In this document: piece after piece, positions 1-11,472 of the stretch
How the letters are laid out: each line of letters starts with the position of its first letter
Position numbering within the stretch: the first letter of the stretch is position 1
Assembly (NCBI GenBank): GCA_009929265.1
Contig: SAAU01000003.1
Span: 17,531 to 81,530 of the forward strand
Direction: 5' to 3'
Length of the DNA: 64,000 bases
DNA from: Alphaproteobacteria bacterium
GTDB lineage: Bacteria; Pseudomonadota; Alphaproteobacteria; CASFRQ01; SAAU01
Position numbers and translations under genes: made by a program
Notes under the pieces: generated by a model
The model's input: only the letters and a program-made list of their open reading frames with translations
Told to the model about the DNA's origin: nothing
The model's database searches: none

Positions 1-1293
1 AATTCAATGGGTAAGCTTACTTTAAATATGTTGTTATCATTTGCTCAATTTGAACGAGAAGTATCCTCTGAGAGAGTTCGTGATAAAATCCAAGCATCTA
101 AAAAGAAAGGGTTGTGGACAGGAGGTAACTTATATCTGGGGTATGATGTTAAAAATAAGCAATTAATAGCAAATAAGGAAGAAGTTGGAATTGTTAATGA
201 TTTGTTTAAGCAATATCTTGAAGTTAAATCCATAAGTAAGCTAAAAGAATACACAGATACTCATAATATTAAAAGTAAGCAATGGATAACAGCAAAAGGT
301 ATAGCGCGTGGAGGACACAGTTTATCAAAATCTATGCTTGTAAGAATCTTAAGAAATAAGATTTATATTGGTAAGATAACTAATAAAAAGGCAGAAGCTA
401 TTTATCCCGGCAAGCATAAAGCAATAATTAATCGAGAATTGTTTGATGAAGTGCAAAATCTTTTAACTGAGCAATGTAATAGAAAAAACAATACTTATTT
501 TAAAGATGCCTATTTACTAACTGGGAAGATTATAAATAGTGAGGGAGAGAAGTTTACTAATCAAAAATCATCAAAACATGCAATTAAAAAATATAGATAT
601 TATAAACAAAAAGGATTGTATCTTCCTGCTGGAGATATTGAAAAAATCACATTTAATGTTATTCAAAGTTTTTTAAATACAGATTTAGAGTTGATAGGGA
701 AAGATAAGTCATTAGACTTTAAATTAATTAACTGGGATATATTAGGACAGTATGAAAAATCAGATTTAACAAAAGAGATTATAGACAAAATAATTTATAC
801 AGAAAACAAACTAACTTATTTTATTAATATAGAAAATACTTCTTATCTAAATAAATTTAAAACAGAGAATTATTACAACAGTAAAGCCCAATCTATAAGC
901 AAAGATATCTATTTAAGCACAGATGCAAAGCGCTTAATTTTAGAGAAAGAGATTTATATAAACAACAGAATCTCAACTAACAGATATGAGGCTTGTGGTA
1001 AGAAAATTTTAACCAAGTCAGAAAATTCTAACTATTTAATTAAGGCTATAAGCTATGCTTATAGATATAAGAAGATGTATGAAGAAGGATTAACTATCAA
1101 AGAAATAAGAGTAAAAGAACATACAAGCATTAGAAATGTTTATAGATATGTAAATTTGGCGTATTTATCCCCTAATATAATAGGGAATATACTTGATAGT
1201 CATGTGCCAGAGAGTGTTGATCTACAAACCTTATTCAAAATATCTACAGAGTTAGACTTTATAAAACAAGAAAAGTTATTTTATCAAGCCTAA
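1..1293 (+). CDS. Large serine recombinase (resolvase/invertase-type catalytic domain followed by recombinase domain), 5'-truncated at the window edge; the listed Met is an artefact
   Basis: The translation opens with ...LTLNMLLSFAQFEREVSSERVRDKIQASKKKGLWTGGNLYLGYD, the typical end of a serine-recombinase catalytic domain, and continues into a long recombinase-type domain. The ORF runs to the first base of the window, so the N-terminus is missing. The region is very AT-rich. Confidence 0.65.
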   Translation, partial: NSMGKLTLNMLLSFAQFEREVSSERVRDKIQASKKKGLWTGGNLYLGYDVKNKQLIANKEEVGIVNDLFKQYLEVKSISKLKEYTDTHNIKSKQWITAKGIARGGHSLSKSMLVRILRNKIYIGKITNKKAEAIYPGKHKAIINRELFDEVQNLLTEQCNRKNNTYFKDAYLLTGKIINSEGEKFTNQKSSKHAIKKYRYYKQKGLYLPAGDIEKITFNVIQSFLNTDLELIGKDKSLDFKLINWDILGQYEKSDLTKEIIDKIIYTENKLTYFINIENTSYLNKFKTENYYNSKAQSISKDIYLSTDAKRLILEKEIYINNRISTNRYEACGKKILTKSENSNYLIKAISYAYRYKKMYEEGLTIKEIRVKEHTSIRNVYRYVNLAYLSPNIIGNILDSHVPESVDLQTLFKISTELDFIKQEKLFYQA

Positions 1294-1467
1294 TTTGTTT
1301 ATTTTTTTCTTTACGTTCTGATCTTATTTTAGAAACCATATAAAACATCTAATTAAATTTTAATATCCTTTAGATAAGTCTTTTTATTCATCAAACATTT
1401 GAATAGCTATTATAAATTGTTGTGAAAGTGAATCTCCGGAAAATGACTTAAGATATTAATTCGTTTT

Positions 1468-1674
1468 CTAATTTAACAAATATAGGCTCATATTTAATAC
1501 TGATGCGAATGATATCCATATCAGATAAGGGATGAGAAGATAGGTAATTTTCCGATCAATATGATAAGTAATATGCATAAAACAAATCAATGTAGTAATT
1601 AATAGAAGAAGAACTCCAAACGCTATTAATAAGAAATGCAACTCAAAAAATACATACGACCAAAGTGCATTCAA
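1468..1674 (-). CDS. Hypothetical small hydrophobic protein (68 aa), two predicted TM helices
   Basis: ORF in the AT-rich spacer between the recombinase and tRNA-Ser. The translation is highly hydrophobic. There is no clear RBS, so this is weak. Confidence 0.15.
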   Translation of the reverse strand: MNALWSYVFFELHFLLIAFGVLLLLITTLICFMHITYHIDRKITYLLIPYLIWISFASVLNMSLYLLN

Positions 1675-1930
1675 GATTAAATGTATGCCTAATATAATAA
1701 AAGGGAGACGCTTAACTCAAATATATTTGGAGCGGTAAGGTATAATTTTTAAGTATATCCTTTTCTTTAATAGGTAGTGACTATGCTAAAATGGGCATTG
1801 TATAGAAATTGGTGGAATTTTGGTTTTTAAGAGCTTGCCGCAGTCAAGGGTCGTTATTTCACCTGCTATATGGCGCGGAGCCGCGCCGAAAACAACAAAA
1901 AACACTTTAAAATCAACAGGTTGATGTTAA

Positions 1931-2020
1931 TGGCGGATAGGGAGAGATTCGAACTCCCGGAGGGTATCACCCCTCAACGGTTTTCAAGACCGCCGCATTA
2001 AACCGCTCTGCCACCTATCC
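1931..2020 (-). tRNA. tRNA-Ser (anticodon TGA), class II with long variable arm
   Basis: The reverse complement reads GGATAGGTGGCAGAGCGG...GGTCTTGAAAACC...GGGAGTTCGAATCTCTCCCTATCCGCCA. It has a 7-bp acceptor stem, an anticodon loop CTTGAAA, a long variable arm, a GTTCGAATC T-loop and an encoded CCA. It is 90 nt long. Confidence 0.85.
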
Positions 2021-2097
2021 TTTTGAACGATAGGGTATTATTTATAAAAATTTCAAAGAAAAGTCAAGCTCTTTTTAACAAAAAACCCATTTATTTT

Positions 2098-3603
2098 TTA
2101 GGAAAGAAACAGAGTCATTAAATACGCGTCATAATATTTGTTTCCAATACGAATAGTCTTTTTCAAAAGCCCTTCATACACAAACCCAAAGCGTTTAAAA
2201 ATCTCTAAAGCCCGCTTATTTCTTGTGTTCACATAAACTTGAACCCGTTTAATGCCATTTTTCTTTGCAAAAAGAATCGCCTCCATCAAAAGATATGTCC
2301 CGATAGAGCGCCCCCAATAGGCTTTTAACACAGAAAGGCTAAGCTCTGCATTATGTTGAACTCGTTTTTTTACTGGACGCCTTAAGGAGCAAATTCCAAC
2401 AATTTTCCCCTTCACAACGGCTTTGAGGAATACCCCCTCCTCTGGCGTGATTGTGTCGTATAAAGAGGCCAAATATTTCGTATCCACTAGCCATTCTAGG
2501 GATTGAGAAGCCAAAAACTTTGTTTCATTTGTCACTTGTTGAAGGTAAAACTTAACTTCCTGCGCATCCTTAGAAACAAGAGGCGAAATCTTAACGTCTT
2601 CTTTTCTTAGTTTCCCGCGCAACCTACGCATATCTTTTTTAATATAAAGAGCAAAACTTTTAACCGCTTTTCTTGCATCTAATCCAAAATAAAATCCCAT
2701 AATATACAAGAATAAAAACCTATCTAATTTTGGCAAGAACAGCTTTTTGCGTATCCGAGTGACAGTCTTTTCAAAAAGAGAGGTAATCGGCTTTTTGGGA
2801 CGTAAACTTGCATAATAAATATAGTTATACCCCGCCTCCAATAAGCGTTTTAAGATGACTTTTTCTTCTTCACTATTCATAGGAATTGATTCGAAAAAAT
2901 TATATCTGGCAAAAAATCCATCATAAAGAACTTGACGGTAATCTTTACTTAACAAAACCTCATCTGGAATAAAGGGCACAAAAAAAGTCGGCTCTTTCAT
3001 TAAAACCATAGATTTTGAAGCAGCAGCAATTTTCAACATAAAGGCCACATCGTGTGTGAAAAGCCCCTCTTCAAAATAGCTGCTTTTTTCTAAAATAGAC
3101 TTTTTAAACAACACGCAAAGTCCTGTTAAATCCTTACGCGTTAAGACTGTTGAAAGCGGATTATCGGTTAGAAAATATTTCTTTTGAACTTTCATCTTTT
3201 TGCCCAAAAGCTCCTCTGGAATAAGGCCAGAGCGTTTTGGCTTTCCGCGGACAATATCGGCCTTTGATTCATACATCGTCTTTTGCATTTGATAAATGGC
3301 ATTTTGGGGGAGAATATCATCCCCATCCATCACAAAAAGAACTTGGCCTTTTGCCATTTCTAAAGCTTGATTTAAACGAATAGAGGGACCTAATTTTTCC
3401 TTGTTTAAGACAATCTTAACATCCCGCATTTGAAGCGCGGTTGTTTTTTGCTTAATGACCTCAACAGACTTATCGGTTGAGGCGTCATCGATAAAGATAT
3501 ATTCGGCGTTATAGACTTCTTCTTGATCAAAAAGAGACTGTATCACAAAAGGGAGAACTTTTTCCTTATTATAAACTGTTAAAATAAAGCTGATATCTTT
3601 CAT
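2098..3603 (-). CDS. Bifunctional glycosyltransferase family 2 (N-terminal) fused to a GNAT N-acetyltransferase (C-terminal)
   Basis: The N-terminus reads ISFILTVYNKEKVLPFVIQSLFDQ...YIFIDDASTDKS...FVMDGDD, which is a GT2 DxD fold. The C-terminal ~150 aa read VVKGKIVGICSLRR...LSVLKAYWGRSIGTYLLMEAILFAKKNGIKRVQVYVNTRNKRALEIFKRFGF, a GNAT acetyl-CoA-binding core. A GAGGTG RBS precedes the ATG at 3603. Confidence 0.6.
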   Translation of the reverse strand: MKDISFILTVYNKEKVLPFVIQSLFDQEEVYNAEYIFIDDASTDKSVEVIKQKTTALQMRDVKIVLNKEKLGPSIRLNQALEMAKGQVLFVMDGDDILPQNAIYQMQKTMYESKADIVRGKPKRSGLIPEELLGKKMKVQKKYFLTDNPLSTVLTRKDLTGLCVLFKKSILEKSSYFEEGLFTHDVAFMLKIAAASKSMVLMKEPTFFVPFIPDEVLLSKDYRQVLYDGFFARYNFFESIPMNSEEEKVILKRLLEAGYNYIYYASLRPKKPITSLFEKTVTRIRKKLFLPKLDRFLFLYIMGFYFGLDARKAVKSFALYIKKDMRRLRGKLRKEDVKISPLVSKDAQEVKFYLQQVTNETKFLASQSLEWLVDTKYLASLYDTITPEEGVFLKAVVKGKIVGICSLRRPVKKRVQHNAELSLSVLKAYWGRSIGTYLLMEAILFAKKNGIKRVQVYVNTRNKRALEIFKRFGFVYEGLLKKTIRIGNKYYDAYLMTLFLS

Positions 3604-3626
3604 TTCTCACCTCTTTGTGTAAGGGT

Positions 3627-4484
3627 TTATTTTTTCAAACGAACCGTTAATAGGTCTATAATTCTCCCCAGAGTTTTATTCAAATCTTTTCTTTTAACAA
3701 TCATATCAACCATTCCATGATCATGCAAGTATTCTGCTGTTTGGAAATCATCAGGCAATTTTTCCCGAATGGTTTGAGCAATCACACGTGCCCCTGCAAA
3801 GCCAATGATTGCCCCTGGTTCAGAGAGTGTAATATCCCCAAGCATTGCAAAAGAAGCCGTGACTCCTCCTGTTGTTGGATGTGTTAAAAGCACTAAATAC
3901 GGCAGACCTTTTTCCTTTAATTTTTGAACGGCCATTGTGGTTCTTGCCATTTGCATTAAGGACAAAATCCCCTCTTGCATTCTTGCCCCACCAGAAGCGG
4001 GCACAATAATCAAAGAAGCCTCTTGCAAAAGCGCCAAATCCACTGCGGAAATTAAAGCTTCCCCAACGGCGCGCCCCATAGAGCCCCCCATAAAGCCAAA
4101 ATTAAAAACGGCAACGACAACCCTATGTGAATTGATACGTCCATGAGCTACCAAAATAGCATCTTCTTGATTTGTTTTCGCACGAGAAGCTTTTAACCTA
4201 TCTGCATATTTTTTCAAATCCGAAAAATGAAGCGGATCATCTGCCACTTGAGGAACAGAAACCAATGTATATTCCCCATTGTCAAAAAGCAAAGAGAGTC
4301 TTTTTTCTGGCGTAATCTTAAAATGATAGCCACATTCAGGACAAACCCTTAAATTTTTATCCAATTCTTTAACAAAAATAATCTTCTCGCAAGAAGGACA
4401 TTTTTCCCATAAATTATCAGGAATCTCCTTTTGAGACATCATATTTTTAATTTTTGGACGGACATAATTCGTTAACCAGTTCAT
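3627..4484 (-). CDS. accD: Acetyl-CoA carboxylase carboxyltransferase subunit beta
   Basis: An N-terminal Zn-ribbon (CPSCEKIIF...CPECGYHF) is followed by a carboxyltransferase domain (GGSMG, GGARMQEG motifs). 285 aa. Confidence 0.9.
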   Translation of the reverse strand: MNWLTNYVRPKIKNMMSQKEIPDNLWEKCPSCEKIIFVKELDKNLRVCPECGYHFKITPEKRLSLLFDNGEYTLVSVPQVADDPLHFSDLKKYADRLKASRAKTNQEDAILVAHGRINSHRVVVAVFNFGFMGGSMGRAVGEALISAVDLALLQEASLIIVPASGGARMQEGILSLMQMARTTMAVQKLKEKGLPYLVLLTHPTTGGVTASFAMLGDITLSEPGAIIGFAGARVIAQTIREKLPDDFQTAEYLHDHGMVDMIVKRKDLNKTLGRIIDLLTVRLKK

Positions 4485-4735
4485 TTTTTCATCCTACACA
4501 TTGTCTTTTTTAATAAACGGATTCTTCGTTTTTGATGGAGCACTTCAAGATACATAAAAAAGCCCCCCAATATGAAGAAAATTCCCGCAACAGAGAGCAC
4601 CAAAAAATAAACAGGCATTTCCACATGATACGCAGAAAAGAACAGTTGCACAGGAACATAAGTCCTATTATACGAAATAAAAGAAGCTAAGAGTAAAATA
4701 ATACACGAAAAAAAAGCAAAACGAATAAATCGCAT
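4481..4735 (-). CDS. LapA-like (DUF1049) small inner-membrane protein
   Basis: 84 aa with two TM helices and a basic C-terminal tail. It lies immediately downstream of ihfB with a 4-nt start/stop overlap with accD. This ihfB-DUF1049 arrangement is common in alphaproteobacteria. Confidence 0.4.
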   Translation of the reverse strand: MRFIRFAFFSCIILLLASFISYNRTYVPVQLFFSAYHVEMPVYFLVLSVAGIFFILGGFFMYLEVLHQKRRIRLLKKTMCRMKK

Positions 4736-4745
4736 TTAATATCAC

Positions 4746-5024
4746 CTATTTGTTAATAGATTCCTTCAAAAGCTTTCCAGACTTAAAAAATGGAACCTTT
4801 TTCTTCATCACACGAACAAATTCTCCTGTCCGAGGATTTCTTCCCCCGCGAGCGGCTCTTTCACGAACAGAGAAAACACCAAAGCCACGAAGTTCAACTC
4901 TATCGCCTTCAGCTAAAGCCTTCGAAATCTCATCAAAAAAAGTAAGAACAATTTTTTCAGCATCTACAGCCTTTAATGTTGGGTGTTTTTTCAAAATAAG
5001 TGAAACAAGTTCAGAACGAGTCAT
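4746..5024 (-). CDS. ihfB: Integration host factor subunit beta (HU/IHF family); start chosen at MTRSELV
   Basis: [26 protein letters not shown]...[45 protein letters not shown] matches the IHF-beta pattern RGFG...GRNP.TGE...VPFFK.GK. Confidence 0.7.
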   Translation of the reverse strand: MTRSELVSLILKKHPTLKAVDAEKIVLTFFDEISKALAEGDRVELRGFGVFSVRERAARGGRNPRTGEFVRVMKKKVPFFKSGKLLKESINK

Positions 5025-5293
5025 TTTTTCTTTTCTCCATAATAAAAAATAAAAGTTAAGCAAATAAAATTATCCGCGATTTGAGCTAAGAATGTCATAA
5101 TTGACCTAAATTGTAAAGTAAATTTTAAGCCTCAAAAGTAAACTTTCAAAAAAAGTTCATTAAATAAAAAATTTAGTCTAAAAATCTGGACAAATCCTTG
5201 CTTTTAAAAAAATCCTTTTGAAAGAGCCTTGTATTTTTTTTTATTTTGTGTTAGATGAGGAGAAAAGAAGTTATCTTTAAGAGAGGTTTTTTT

Positions 5294-5584
5294 ATGAAAA
5301 AATTTATTCTAGCTAGTTGTTTATTTCTTTTAAGTGGGTGCATTCAAGTGACCCCTATTGCAAATACAACAAACGTCACGGATGTTGATTTTTCAAATGT
5401 TGAACAGTTCAAAACAGGAGAAGATTGCACCTATTTCTTGCTAGGTCTTATTGGGCCTTTTGGCGACATTCAACTGACAGAAGCTGTTCGTAAAGCACGT
5501 ATTTCAAAAGTAAAAGTGGTGGATAAAAGCTTTTCTTATTATGTTTTATTTTCCCGTTCTTGTTTACATGTTTATGGGGAATAA
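5294..5584 (+). CDS. Small lipoprotein of unknown function (lipobox LLSGC)
   Basis: MKKFILASCLFLLSGC is a signal peptide with a lipobox. An AGAGG RBS sits upstream. About 96 aa. Confidence 0.4.
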   Translation: MKKFILASCLFLLSGCIQVTPIANTTNVTDVDFSNVEQFKTGEDCTYFLLGLIGPFGDIQLTEAVRKARISKVKVVDKSFSYYVLFSRSCLHVYGE

Positions 5585-5594
5585 ATCCATTTAT

Positions 5595-5630
5595 GAAAAA
5601 GGGAACCTGCTATAGGGATCCCCTTTTTTA
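5595..5630 (+). terminator. Putative rho-independent terminator after the lipoprotein gene
   Basis: An aaaaaggga...tcccctttttt stem flanks a long loop and is followed by a T-run. Confidence 0.25.
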
Positions 5631-5669
5631 TTTAATTTTCACAAAAAGGCTTTAAGGAAACTTATTCAA

Positions 5670-6890
5670 ATGAGCAAAAAAGGAATTCTTTTTATATTTT
5701 TTTGTTTTTTCTTTTATAGTTTTTCAGCCTTTTGTGTTCAAAAAGACTCTTTAGTTGCGGATGTCTCAAGTGGATATATTTTAACGGCCGAAAACGCCGA
5801 TGACATCATTTATCCAGCGTCCTTAACAAAACTGATGACGCTTTATCTCACTTTTTCCGCTTTAGACAAAGGCCTTATCAAATGGGAAGATACGCTTTAC
5901 ATCTCAAAAAAAGCCATCGCCCAACCCAAATCCAAAATCTATATTGATACCAAACGCCCTTTAACTGTTCGGGAAGCTGTCATGGCCTTGATTGTAAAAT
6001 CGGCCAACGATGTTGCGGTCGTTTTGGCAGAAAACCTTGCCCCAACAGAGCACGACTTTTCGATTTTAATGACGAAAACAGCCCATAGATTAGGGATGCA
6101 AAACACTGTTTTTATGAATGCCTCTGGCCTTTATAATCGCAAGCAAATCTCAAACGCAAAAGATATGGCAATTTTGGCGTTGGCTCTTTTAAATCATTTT
6201 CCGCAATACTACCCTTTATTCAAAACGAAATTCACAAAAGTTCAGGGTAAAGTCTATGGCAATCACAATAACATTATTCATTATTACAAAGGGTCAGAAG
6301 GCCTTAAAACAGGCTATCTTTACGCCTGTGGCTATCATGTGATTAGCACGTGCACACGAGGGAAAAACCATCTCGTTGCCTTAAGCCTTGGGCAAAACTC
6401 TGTTAAAGCACGTGATAAAAGTGTTGTCCATCTTCTAAACGCAGGATTTAAAGAAATTAAAACGCTTAAGCACTCGAATAAAGAAAATCCCAACAATCCT
6501 TTTGAGAAAAAAGCCCTTCTAAAAAAGCCTCCTTTAGACGATATTCTTCACGAAATGAAAACGGCCTATGCAGAAAAACACCCGAATCCGTCAAAGGTTT
6601 TCTTGCCAACGAAAAAGCCTCACATCCCTGTCTATGCCACGTCAAAGGAAGAAAATACTTATTGGCAAGCTCAAGCAGGGGCCTATTCGTCTCTCTTCAC
6701 CGCTCTTAAAAAAGCCAAAGACATTGAGACTCTTCTTGGTGGGTTTGGAAGTGTTCAAATCTTACCTTTTAAGGATATTTATCGCGTCCGTGTCTTTGAC
6801 CTAGAAAATCGAAAAAAAGCTGTTGAAGTATGTAGACTTTTGGAAAAAAATGCATTACCTTGTTTTGTAGTTGCCCCGTCAAAGGATTAA
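5670..6890 (+). CDS. D-alanyl-D-alanine carboxypeptidase (PBP5/6 class, S11 peptidase) with C-terminal SPOR domain
   Basis: Signal peptide, then the SxxK active site (ASLTKLMT), the SAND motif (KSANDVAVV) and KTG (LKTGY). The C-terminal ~80 aa read YWQAQAGAYSS...YRVRVFDL, which is SPOR-like. Confidence 0.8.
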   Translation: MSKKGILFIFFCFFFYSFSAFCVQKDSLVADVSSGYILTAENADDIIYPASLTKLMTLYLTFSALDKGLIKWEDTLYISKKAIAQPKSKIYIDTKRPLTVREAVMALIVKSANDVAVVLAENLAPTEHDFSILMTKTAHRLGMQNTVFMNASGLYNRKQISNAKDMAILALALLNHFPQYYPLFKTKFTKVQGKVYGNHNNIIHYYKGSEGLKTGYLYACGYHVISTCTRGKNHLVALSLGQNSVKARDKSVVHLLNAGFKEIKTLKHSNKENPNNPFEKKALLKKPPLDDILHEMKTAYAEKHPNPSKVFLPTKKPHIPVYATSKEENTYWQAQAGAYSSLFTALKKAKDIETLLGGFGSVQILPFKDIYRVRVFDLENRKKAVEVCRLLEKNALPCFVVAPSKD

Positions 6891-6924
6891 CTCTTTGACT
6901 TATTGATTCTTGAAGGAACCCTAA

Positions 6925-7662
6925 ATGAAAACAAGATATGTCTTTGCCTTTCTTCCTCTTTTTTTAAGTGCCTGCTCTACCCCTTCTGAAATGAAAGAGC
7001 TTAAAGTTTCCGATAAAACTGTTTACTTGGATGCCTTAACCCTGATTGATAAAGGCGAGTATACAAAAGCTGTTTCGGCCTTTGATTCTTTGGAAAGAAA
7101 TTATCCTTACTCTTCTTGGGCAAAAAAAGGTCAACTTATGGCCTCCTATCTTCTTTATCGGAAGGGAAAATATGCTGATGCCCTGCTTGTCTTAGATAGA
7201 TTTATTGCCCTTCACCCTGGGGATAAAGACGCCCCTTATACCTACTTTTTAAAGGGAATGTGCTTTTATGAACAAGTCGTTGATGTTGAACGGGATCAAG
7301 AGTTTTCAAAAGAGGCTTTCAAAACTTTTAATGAGCTTCTTTTACGATTCCCAACCTCCCCTTATGCTAAAAAAGCACAAGAACTTCTTTCCATCAGTCT
7401 AGATCAACTCGCGGGCAAAGAAATGGAAATTGGCAGGTTTTATCTAAAGGACGGTAATATTTCGGCTGCAATTTCCCGCTTTCAAACGGTTCTTCAAAGA
7501 TACGGCAAAACGCCTTATGTAGAAGAGGCCCTCTATCGTCTTGTCGAAAGTTATCATATTTTAGGATTAAAAAGCCAAGAAAAAGCTCTTTTAATTACGC
7601 TTCAAAAGTCATATAAAGATTCTAAATGGACGGCAAAAGCCACCGCTTTGTTAGGAAAATAA
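6925..7662 (+). CDS. bamD: Outer membrane protein assembly factor BamD (TPR lipoprotein, YfiO/ComL family)
   Basis: Lipobox LFLSAC, TPR-like repeats, 245 aa. The conserved order bamD-recN-ligA supports the call. Confidence 0.65.
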   Translation: MKTRYVFAFLPLFLSACSTPSEMKELKVSDKTVYLDALTLIDKGEYTKAVSAFDSLERNYPYSSWAKKGQLMASYLLYRKGKYADALLVLDRFIALHPGDKDAPYTYFLKGMCFYEQVVDVERDQEFSKEAFKTFNELLLRFPTSPYAKKAQELLSISLDQLAGKEMEIGRFYLKDGNISAAISRFQTVLQRYGKTPYVEEALYRLVESYHILGLKSQEKALLITLQKSYKDSKWTAKATALLGK

Positions 7663-7666
7663 AGCT

Positions 7667-11414
<3,748 letters not shown>

Positions 11415-11472
11415 AATAAAACCCGTTAAAATATGCTTTAAGTTTTTACAAGGGGTTAAAAAGGGAAACGAC

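Noticed and set aside
3937-4146. 69-aa plus-strand ORF inside accD
   Set aside because: It is antisense to a conserved accD region and is spurious.
4750-5052. 100-aa plus-strand ORF
   Set aside because: It is antisense to ihfB, with a low-complexity translation.
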